A stretch of 64,000 nt of DNA from an uncultured Candidatus Saccharibacteria bacterium. GTDB lineage: Bacteria; Patescibacteriota; Doudnabacteria; UBA920. Positions 56,854-64,000 of this stretch are shown piece after piece (position 1 is the first letter of the stretch; each line of letters begins with the position of its first letter). The stretch lies in the NCBI GenBank assembly GCA_964650255.1, contig CAZYQT010000005.1, positions 2,006-66,005 on the forward strand. Reading direction: 5' to 3'. A program made the position numbers and the translations under genes. The notes beneath the pieces were generated by a model. It was not told the DNA's origin, searched no databases, and saw only the letters and a program-made list of their open reading frames with translations.

Positions 56854-58740
56854 ATGAAGAAACACAAATCATTTTTAATTTACAGTTTAATTATCGGGGG
56901 TTTATTTTTTTCCTCCTTATCTAACCCCGCTGCAGTTTTAGCTGCTGAGCCAGTTCAGTCTGGATTCAACCCTAACAAACTTATTGATGATAAGGTTTTT
57001 TCCAATTCCAAAACTATGACTGCTTCTGATATTCAGAAGTTTCTAGATAGCAAAAACAGTGTTTTAGCAAACACCAGCGATTCATTTATATCCCAATTGA
57101 AGGAACCAGTTAGCAATCAAACTTTAAAGGAAACTTTGGAAGATCCAGGCGCATCATCAACCTCACCAAGGACTGCGGCGCAGTTAATTTTTGATGCTGC
57201 TAAATCTAGCGGCTTAAACCCGCAAGTTATTTTAGTCACTCTTAACAAAGAACAAAGTTTAATTACTGGGCGTCAGAATGCAACTCCAGAACAACTCCAG
57301 CGCGCCTTAGATTTTGCTATGGGTTTTGGCTGTCCAGACAGTCAACCTTGCGGCGACATCTATCGCGGTTTTTATTTTCAACTCTTTGGTGGAGTTGATG
57401 CAGAAAATAATCGTTACTTAGGTGCTGCAAAATCTTTGATGAAATCATTTGAAACCCCAGGCGGTCGTGGCCCTTGGTATAATGGTGCGACCTCAAAAGT
57501 TGGAGACACTATTACTTTGGGTAATACAGTTGGAAATTACGAAGGGGTTGAGGCAAATCAGACGGTCACTCTTTCAAACGCGGCCACTGCTGCGCTTTAC
57601 CGCTACACCCCACATGTTTTTAATGGGAATTATAATTTTTGGCGATTCTTTAAGCTGTGGTTTGGCGGTAAGTCCAGCGACTCAGGCAGTAGTGTGAACG
57701 GTTTGGTTAAAACCTCCTCGACTGGTGATGTGTATGTGGTGGAGAATAATACTCGGTACAAGGTTTTGCCATTCGTGGCCAAGGCCAACGATCTAAAAGT
57801 ATCCAAGGCAAAAAAAGTTAGCAAAAGCACGTTCAATAAATATTCTGATGGCGGCCTCTACCCAGTTCCAGATAATACTTTAATTAAAGTTGGCACTAAA
57901 TATTATTTGTTTTTAGCCAACCAGAAGCGACCAATTAGTGAAGAGAATATTAAGAGCCGTGGTTTAAAAATTGCTGATGCAATTGATGCTAACAGTTCTG
58001 ATGCTGATAAATACACAACCGGCGAACAAATTGCTATTACAGACGGCGCGGTTCTAAAGGGCACGTCCAGGCCAGATGTTTATTTGCTAACCAATGGCAA
58101 ACTCAAGCTATTTACATACGCTACTTTCCAGCAGTACGGAGCAGCAGCGAACATGCTCACTGTGGCCGACACTGTGATTGATGGTTATGCGAAAGATGGT
58201 TTAGTTTTGCCTAAGTCAGGGAGTTTGGTAAAGAGTTTTAACTCTGCAACTGTTTATTTTTACGAAGATGGTCAGAAAAAACCGATGGACGGAGAGATTT
58301 TCCGTAATCGCGGCTTTTCATTGAGCAATGTTTACGAACTCACTCAGGCGGAAATCGACGCCTTGCCGTTAGGACCATTCCCTTTGCCAGCCAACAATAC
58401 ATTTTTTGAGGACAAGAAAACCCATCAATTGTATTGGTACACCGATGGTAAGAAACGATCAATTTCGTCTTTTGTAGCCAAGCAAAAAAACATTACTCCA
58501 GATTTCAGTTTCGGTGAAGACACCATCAAAAATTTACCAGACGGAACTCCAGTGCTGCCAAAAGAAGGCACAGTGTTTAAGAGTGACAAAAAAGCAGACG
58601 TTTATATTATTAGTTCAAGTGTAGCTCGGCCTTTGTCTGCAGCTGCGTTTACAGCACGAGGTATTACTCCTGCTCAAGTTAATATTTTACCTCAGGCAGA
58701 AGTAGATAGCTATCCAAAAGGTTCGCTTTTGACACAATAA
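56854..58740 (+). CDS. Secreted repeat protein (628 aa) sharing the ~57 aa repeat with the S8 peptidase
   Basis: Signal peptide and an N-terminal domain of unknown function (possibly glycan-hydrolase-like). Six C-terminal repeats of consensus dGtlvK...vY.i..g.kRPi....f..rGf. Confidence 0.6.
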   Translation: MKKHKSFLIYSLIIGGLFFSSLSNPAAVLAAEPVQSGFNPNKLIDDKVFSNSKTMTASDIQKFLDSKNSVLANTSDSFISQLKEPVSNQTLKETLEDPGASSTSPRTAAQLIFDAAKSSGLNPQVILVTLNKEQSLITGRQNATPEQLQRALDFAMGFGCPDSQPCGDIYRGFYFQLFGGVDAENNRYLGAAKSLMKSFETPGGRGPWYNGATSKVGDTITLGNTVGNYEGVEANQTVTLSNAATAALYRYTPHVFNGNYNFWRFFKLWFGGKSSDSGSSVNGLVKTSSTGDVYVVENNTRYKVLPFVAKANDLKVSKAKKVSKSTFNKYSDGGLYPVPDNTLIKVGTKYYLFLANQKRPISEENIKSRGLKIADAIDANSSDADKYTTGEQIAITDGAVLKGTSRPDVYLLTNGKLKLFTYATFQQYGAAANMLTVADTVIDGYAKDGLVLPKSGSLVKSFNSATVYFYEDGQKKPMDGEIFRNRGFSLSNVYELTQAEIDALPLGPFPLPANNTFFEDKKTHQLYWYTDGKKRSISSFVAKQKNITPDFSFGEDTIKNLPDGTPVLPKEGTVFKSDKKADVYIISSSVARPLSAAAFTARGITPAQVNILPQAEVDSYPKGSLLTQ

Positions 58741-58745
58741 GCTGA

Positions 58746-60179
58746 ATGTCGAGCCCTTCGAAAAACATTTTGTGGTTGTCAGTTTCAAGGATCATTTCCC
58801 TGATCCTTTTGTTTTTAGCTTATTTACTCCTAACTAGTTACTTAGGGCCCTATCGTTACGGTCAATTTCAGTTTGTGTTGTCGTATGTGACTTTGTTTGG
58901 CGTAGTAATTGATTTCGGCATTCAGCAGTACATTATCAAAAAAGTTAGCGAGGATCGAAGCCAAGCTAAAAAATATTTTCACAATTTTTTAGCAGTGGAA
59001 CTGTTGATGGTGGTCATTGTTTATGGCGCCATGGTCGCAGTTGCTAGGATTAATGGCTATGATCCGGTAGTTATCAAGGCTATAACAGTGGCCGGGTTGG
59101 GTGTGGCCATCCATGGTTTAACTTATCCGTTCCTGGCTATTATCACGGTGTTTTATGATTTAAAGAAAGCCGCGTTTCTAAACTTTCTCAGTTCAGCTAT
59201 TAACGTGGCCATGATCTTAATCACCATTAAAGTCGGTGGGGGGATCGTTATGCTAACCTTCCAACAACTTATTTATGCAACTTTGGCGGTGGTTATCTAT
59301 TACCACTTTGTTAAAAAACACATTGGTAAACCAGAAATTTTACACGGCCTACGCACCCTAGATAAAAAATTAATCAAGACGATTTTGATTGCTGCGTTAC
59401 CATTCGCTCTGTTGGTAGGGTTTAGTACCGTGTATAATCGGATCGATGTGGTTTTGATTAAGCAAATTTTAGGGTACACCCAGACGGGTTTGTACTCAGC
59501 TGCCTATAAGTTTTATGATTTACTAGCTTTTTTCCCAGCGGTGGTTTCACATACTTTGTACCCACTCTTTTCTTCACTCATGGCTGAGGGGAAGCTTGGA
59601 GAAATTCGTACCATCCTCGAAAGATATTTACGATTCATGGCGGCCTTGGCTTTACCGATTGGTATGGGCGGGATGTTGCTTTCAAAACAGATTATTGGGA
59701 TCCTTAGTCCTGAGTTCACTTCGGCAGCAACAGTTTTAGCTATCCTCGTCTGGGCGCCATCAATATTATTTATGTACATTGTGGTTAACTCTTTAGTTAT
59801 TTCTCAGCTTACTAAATGGGCAATGGTGATTACTGGTGTGAATGTTTTGGTGAACATAGTTGGTAATATAATTCTACTACCGAGAATTGGAATCGAAGGC
59901 GCCGCGATTATGACTTTAGTTTCAGAATTTTTGCAAGGAGTTTTCTATTTTTACTTTGTACGAAAAAAGATTACAGATTTTCATTTCTTCAGTTTAATCT
60001 GGCGACCAATTTGCGCAGCCGTCATGATGGGGGTAGTGGTATGGTTTATTCGCGATTGGCCTTTGGTGGGAGCAATCGTAATCGGAGTGGTAGTTTATGG
60101 TCTTTCTTTATTTGCTCTTCGCTTTTTCCATAAAGATGATGTTACGTTTATTAAGGCATTGGTGAGTCGTGGCGTTTAA
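58746..60179 (+). CDS. Wzx-like oligosaccharide flippase (MOP superfamily polysaccharide biosynthesis protein)
   Basis: About 12-14 TM helices and a typical Wzx/MurJ-family N-terminus (ILWLSVSRIISLILLFLAYLLLTSYLGPYRYGQFQF). Confidence 0.7.
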   Translation: MSSPSKNILWLSVSRIISLILLFLAYLLLTSYLGPYRYGQFQFVLSYVTLFGVVIDFGIQQYIIKKVSEDRSQAKKYFHNFLAVELLMVVIVYGAMVAVARINGYDPVVIKAITVAGLGVAIHGLTYPFLAIITVFYDLKKAAFLNFLSSAINVAMILITIKVGGGIVMLTFQQLIYATLAVVIYYHFVKKHIGKPEILHGLRTLDKKLIKTILIAALPFALLVGFSTVYNRIDVVLIKQILGYTQTGLYSAAYKFYDLLAFFPAVVSHTLYPLFSSLMAEGKLGEIRTILERYLRFMAALALPIGMGGMLLSKQIIGILSPEFTSAATVLAILVWAPSILFMYIVVNSLVISQLTKWAMVITGVNVLVNIVGNIILLPRIGIEGAAIMTLVSEFLQGVFYFYFVRKKITDFHFFSLIWRPICAAVMMGVVVWFIRDWPLVGAIVIGVVVYGLSLFALRFFHKDDVTFIKALVSRGV

Positions 60180-60615
60180 AAAAACAACCCGGGTCATGGT
60201 TTTCGGTACCTTTGATATGATTCACCCGGGCCACAAACATTTTTTTCAACAGGCTCGTGCTTTGGTAAAACCACCGGGCAAAGCTTATTTAATAGTATCT
60301 TTGGCCCGGGATAAAAACGTGCATCGTATAAAAAACAAGCTACCAATGGCGAACGAACAAAAACGACTAGCTCAAATTAAAGCTTTGCCAGAGGTAGATA
60401 AAGCTGTGCTTGGAGCTATTGGTGACCACATTCCGCCAATTGTTAGACTTCACCCAGATATTATTGCGCTTGGTTACGACCAAACCGCCTATGTAAAAGG
60501 CTTGCGTCGCGATCTAAAGGCTGCAGGGATTAACCCAAGAATCATTCGCTTGAAACCCCACAAGCCACATTTGTATAAAACATCGATAATTCAACCCAAG
60601 CTATCTTTGCGATAG
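60169..60615 (+). CDS. ribL: FAD synthase, archaeal RibL-type (CTP-dependent FMN adenylyltransferase; cytidylyltransferase fold)
   Basis: GTFDMIHPGH (HxGH), ARDKNVHRIKNK...NEQKRLAQIKALPEVDKAVLG and PDIIALGYDQT closely parallel RibL. Overlaps the flippase stop by 11 nt. Confidence 0.65.
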   Translation: MAFKKTTRVMVFGTFDMIHPGHKHFFQQARALVKPPGKAYLIVSLARDKNVHRIKNKLPMANEQKRLAQIKALPEVDKAVLGAIGDHIPPIVRLHPDIIALGYDQTAYVKGLRRDLKAAGINPRIIRLKPHKPHLYKTSIIQPKLSLR

Positions 60616-61500
60616 GTATAGGCTCATCAGAATAATTACCAGGTACAATCTCGTAGCCATGTAAATTTTTATTTGAACTTTGCGAATCGTTGATATTTGC
60701 TCCTGTTCTGATATTTTTGATTGTTCAAACATAGCTGCCGCAGTATACAAAGAGAAGAGTATGGTTAAAAATACATACCAATAATTTTGCTCAGAAATTT
60801 TTGATAGAGCTAGTAGTATTAACATTGCACCCACGCTAAGTGCCGCCCAGCTTAGGAGCAGTAAATTTTTTGTTTTTAATATTATCGCTAAGGAGCTGCG
60901 GCCGTGGGCGTGGTCTCCCAAGCGGTCTCGAATGTCCTTAAGAATTACTCGGCCGAAAGCAATCAGTAACAATCCGGAAACTACCGCTACATCTGTTGAC
61001 GTTATGCTAGTGCTTCCCAATCTGGCGTAAATCCCTAGATAGTAGGGAACTATGATTGAGCCAATTAGTATGGACACAATTGCTAAAAACGGATTTTTGG
61101 AAAACTCGAATTTTGGATATGAATAGCAAAACCCAATTGCTAACATCAGAAACGTCAGAGCTATGTATAAATATTCCTTGAATATAAACCACGGAACCAC
61201 CACTCCCAAAAGTACCGAAGCCAAGAAGAGGTAGACAGCTAGATATCGAGCGAATATTAGGGGTATTAACCCTTGCGTTAGTGGCTTATTCCGGTGGTTG
61301 GCTAGGTCGATATTATAATCGTAGATATCATTTATGGTGTGAATAAAGAAAACTGTTATAAGCAGAATTAAAATACCTAGGACCGGGCTACTGTGTGCAG
61401 TTGAGTTGTGTAGGAAGTATCCCAATAGCAAGACAATCAGTCCATCTACTGCTTCTCTTGCTCCAACTAGTTTCAAGAATGCATTAATTTGAGTGGTCAT
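60601..61500 (-). CDS. UbiA-family polyprenyl/phosphoribosyl transferase
   Basis: NDIYDYNIDLANHRNKPL (NDxxDxxxD Asp-rich motif) and 8-9 TM helices. I place the start at MTTQINAF; the track extension is Cys-rich and non-membrane. Confidence 0.65.
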   Translation of the reverse strand: MTTQINAFLKLVGAREAVDGLIVLLLGYFLHNSTAHSSPVLGILILLITVFFIHTINDIYDYNIDLANHRNKPLTQGLIPLIFARYLAVYLFLASVLLGVVVPWFIFKEYLYIALTFLMLAIGFCYSYPKFEFSKNPFLAIVSILIGSIIVPYYLGIYARLGSTSITSTDVAVVSGLLLIAFGRVILKDIRDRLGDHAHGRSSLAIILKTKNLLLLSWAALSVGAMLILLALSKISEQNYWYVFLTILFSLYTAAAMFEQSKISEQEQISTIRKVQIKIYMATRLYLVIILMSLYLSQR

Positions 61501-61560
61501 TTTAAATTCACCAATTAGTAACATATTAACACAGCATGGTTTCCGTGATACAATTATGGC

Positions 61561-61791
61561 ATGTTTGAAGCAATAGTTAGGCTCCATTTAATGGAGCTGG
61601 GGATAGTCATTATACTTTTACCAGTTATAGCGTTACATGTTTTCCTGGCTGTACATGGAAAGGTTGCTGGGAAAAAGGGATTTACGTATTTGTCTGTATT
61701 TATGCTGCTGTTACTTATTGCCGCTTTAGGCTTCGGCGCATTTTGGGGAGTATTGATGATGATATTTATATTGTGGCCACCTTCTTATTAA
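61561..61791 (+). CDS. Hypothetical small membrane protein (76 aa)
   Basis: Two TM helices, divergent from the UbiA gene. Weak evidence. Confidence 0.3.
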   Translation: MFEAIVRLHLMELGIVIILLPVIALHVFLAVHGKVAGKKGFTYLSVFMLLLLIAALGFGAFWGVLMMIFILWPPSY

Positions 61792-61807
61792 GAAAAGAAT
61801 AATTTTA

Positions 61808-62125
61808 ATGAACCAACCATCTTATTATCCTTTCAAGCTAGCGGTCAAAATTGCCTTTTTTGGTATATTAGTCCCTTTGCTTTGCATTAATGCATTACTG
61901 ATGGCAATGTACCAATTTGGAGTTGATGGCGAATTGGCTAACAATTTGTTATGGATTTTTGTGATAGTTATCCCAATTACTTATGGAGTAATTTTTTTCC
62001 AAACTGTTGATAAATTCGCTTCCCAAACAAAACAGATACCAGGCCAGTCGTCTAACCTGCCAACATCAAACCAGCCCATAAGTGAACTAGAGCCCAATTC
62101 AAACTTCACTGAATTCGATAAATAA
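61808..62125 (+). CDS. Hypothetical small membrane protein (105 aa)
   Basis: Two TM helices. Followed immediately by a clean terminator. Confidence 0.4.
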   Translation: MNQPSYYPFKLAVKIAFFGILVPLLCINALLMAMYQFGVDGELANNLLWIFVIVIPITYGVIFFQTVDKFASQTKQIPGQSSNLPTSNQPISELEPNSNFTEFDK

Positions 62126-62149
62126 CCTGCTAACCTAGCAGGTTTTTTT
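62124..62149 (+). terminator. Rho-independent terminator
   Basis: AACCTGCTA-acc-TAGCAGGTT followed by TTTTTTTAA. Confidence 0.6.
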
Positions 62150-62281
62150 AATGTTACTTTTCCCGTAAACAGGCGTATATATAGCAGAAACCCAGTTTCT
62201 CGCACCCCCTTATATTCGTGATACAATTTAATTGTGGAAATTACAGAATCAAAAATTATAGCTGCCTGCAAAGCAGGTGAG

Positions 62282-62800
62282 ATGGAATCGTTTGTGTATC
62301 TTTACGACCGCTACGTGGAAAAGATCTACAAATTTCTTTACTTCCGGACTTTTGACCAACAGTTGGCCGAAGACATTACCAGTCAGGTATTTTTAAAGGT
62401 GATGAATAAGATTAGTACCTTTAACGAATCCAAGGGAACTTTCCAAGCCTGGCTGTACCAGATAGCTCGCAACCTGCTTATAGATGAGTATCGCAAACAA
62501 AAACCCACAGATAATATTGATGCTCACTTCGATTTAGCAAGCGGTATTAATTTAGAAGCAGAAACTGGACAAACTCTCACTAACGAAGCGCTCCATAAAT
62601 TGCTCATGACTTTGCCAGCGGAAGCACAAGAATTAATTACCATGCGCTTGTGGCAAGAAATGCCTTACGCGGAAATCGCGGCCGTTACCGGAAAAACCGA
62701 AGGCAGTCTAAAGATGCAATTCTCGCGCATCATTCTCCAATTACAAAAACACTCCCACCTTTTGGTCTTGCCATTTATTTTGGCTCTAATCCTTAACTAA
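62282..62800 (+). CDS. ECF-type RNA polymerase sigma factor (second paralogue)
   Basis: Regions 2 and 4 (LYDRYVEKIYKFLYFRTFDQQLAEDITSQVFLKV...WLYQIARNLLIDEYR; MPYAEIAAVTGKTEGSLKMQFSRI). I prefer the ATG at 62282 with AGGTGA RBS over the track GTG at 62234. TGaTACAAT lies at 62219-62227. Confidence 0.8.
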   Translation: MESFVYLYDRYVEKIYKFLYFRTFDQQLAEDITSQVFLKVMNKISTFNESKGTFQAWLYQIARNLLIDEYRKQKPTDNIDAHFDLASGINLEAETGQTLTNEALHKLLMTLPAEAQELITMRLWQEMPYAEIAAVTGKTEGSLKMQFSRIILQLQKHSHLLVLPFILALILN

Positions 62801-62805
62801 ATTTT

Positions 62806-64000
62806 ATGACAGAATTAAACAACGAACAGCTCACACAAATCTTGACTGAGTTAGGGTTGGATCCGAACGATTCACAAGCCCGAAAAACAGTCCAACGGCT
62901 CTTGCAGTCTCGCCCGAATATTCCAATGAACGAACAGTTCTTTAGGCAGCTGCGTGAGGATGTGCAGTATCAGGCCGCGCAAATGTCGCCGTCACATACA
63001 TCTAATAATTTATCAACTAATTTTACAGCCATGTTTATAAATAAAATTTTAGCTTCTGCGCTCGTAGTTATGATCGTAGTTGCTGCCGGTGGTTTTTGGT
63101 ACATCCAAAACCGGACCGACAAACCATTGTTTCAAAGCCCAGCGGCCAAAGAAGCCAATCAGCTTCTATCTGGAAAGTTTGATGTTGCCGAAGCCCCAGA
63201 GGAATCTTTTGGAGACCTGCATAAAGTCTCTATCGTAAACGCAACCGAGGCAGCAAAGTTAAACAGTAATAGTAAGCCTGCTGCAGAAAACGGAACTTCG
63301 ACCGAACCAGGCATGTCTGCTTCAATGGGCTCTAGCACTAACATGTCCCCGGATTCTAACGATAAGATGGCCATGCCTGCCCCTGCGCCAATAAACCCCG
63401 ACCCGGTTCCTGAAAGTTATAATTTTGTGTACGAAGGTAAGGATATTTCCTCAATGTTGGCCAAAAGCCAACCGGTTTTAAAGCGCAAACCACCTGTTCA
63501 AAAAGGCACGGGAATTGCTAGTCGAATCATCAGTTTGTTAAGTTTTGGTTTAATTGATTTGGATAAATTCCATGACTTGGCAATTCAGTACATTACTTTC
63601 TTAGAGGACCGTGACTATGGCTACATGCTTAATGTGGATTTAATGCAAGGTACTGTTAATTTAAATCAGAACTGGGAGAAGTGGCCACAGCCTGAGTACG
63701 TATGCAAAAGTCCAACGGATTATTGTGGCCCGTTACCTCGGATTACTTTAGAAAATTATCCGAAAGACGATGCGATTATTTCTGTTGCCGATGATTTCGT
63801 AAAAGAATACGGTATTTCTTTGGAAGCTTACAGTAAGCCACAGATTATTGATCAGCAGTGGCGCGTGTACTATAAGAATTTGCCAGAAACAGAAAAAGCA
63901 ACCTTCTATTTCCCAGAACAAGTTTCTGTTGTGTATCCTTTGATGCTTGACGGCAAGCAAGTTCTTGATGAGGGTGGAAACCCAAACGGTCTAACAGTTA
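62806..64000 (+). CDS. Putative anti-sigma factor or membrane regulator, partial (runs off the window)
   Basis: Open frame from the ATG 6 nt after the sigma stop to the window end, with no stop. Cytoplasmic N-domain, one TM (ILASALVVMIVVAAGGFWYI) and an extracytoplasmic domain. Same architecture as the pair at 2879-4592. Confidence 0.5.
   Translation, partial: MTELNNEQLTQILTELGLDPNDSQARKTVQRLLQSRPNIPMNEQFFRQLREDVQYQAAQMSPSHTSNNLSTNFTAMFINKILASALVVMIVVAAGGFWYIQNRTDKPLFQSPAAKEANQLLSGKFDVAEAPEESFGDLHKVSIVNATEAAKLNSNSKPAAENGTSTEPGMSASMGSSTNMSPDSNDKMAMPAPAPINPDPVPESYNFVYEGKDISSMLAKSQPVLKRKPPVQKGTGIASRIISLLSFGLIDLDKFHDLAIQYITFLEDRDYGYMLNVDLMQGTVNLNQNWEKWPQPEYVCKSPTDYCGPLPRITLENYPKDDAIISVADDFVKEYGISLEAYSKPQIIDQQWRVYYKNLPETEKATFYFPEQVSVVYPLMLDGKQVLDEGGNPNGLTV

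Overview
This 64 kb window reads like a segment of a small, moderately AT-rich bacterial chromosome (Patescibacteria/CPR-like or a similar low-GC lineage). The lineage call is by eye only. Genes are tightly packed on both strands, and most transcription units have Rho-independent terminators and extended -10 (TGnTAtAaT) promoters. I see no rRNA, CRISPR array, transposase or integrase.

The left ~37 kb is housekeeping. It contains recG (3' truncated at the window edge), tRNA-Arg(CCG), two tRNA-Ser, an ECF sigma/anti-sigma pair, comFC, a CIRCE-controlled clpC, recX, htpX-lemA and a gatC-gatA-[541 aa membrane ORF]-gatB operon. It continues with miaA, holB, frr, rseP, archaeal-type proS, mreBCD-mrdA, folD, greA, lysS, serS, murF-like and ftsQ-like.

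The right ~25 kb (37.8-61.5 kb) is a cell-envelope glycoconjugate locus. It holds two tandem GT-C (PMT/ArnT-like) glycosyltransferases, a processive-type membrane GT2, a WecA/MraY-family phosphotransferase, and three more GT2 enzymes, one of them Dpm1-like (polyprenol-P-sugar synthase). A dTDP-sugar module (rmlA, rmlD-like, rmlB, no rmlC) sits beside a GC-rich single-gene cassette that may encode a half-size NDP-hexose 2,3-dehydratase-like protein. The locus also carries a NUDIX hydrolase, a sortase-domain protein, a GC-rich Cys-rich secreted protein behind a long structured leader, an S8 subtilase and a repeat protein that share ~57 aa C-terminal repeats, a Wzx-like flippase, RibL-like FAD synthase and a UbiA prenyltransferase. 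A second ECF sigma/anti-sigma pair closes the window.

Compositional outliers (AT-rich at 5702-6319 and 14058-15683; GC-rich at 45200-45886 and 52830-53996) mark the likeliest acquired or novel parts.
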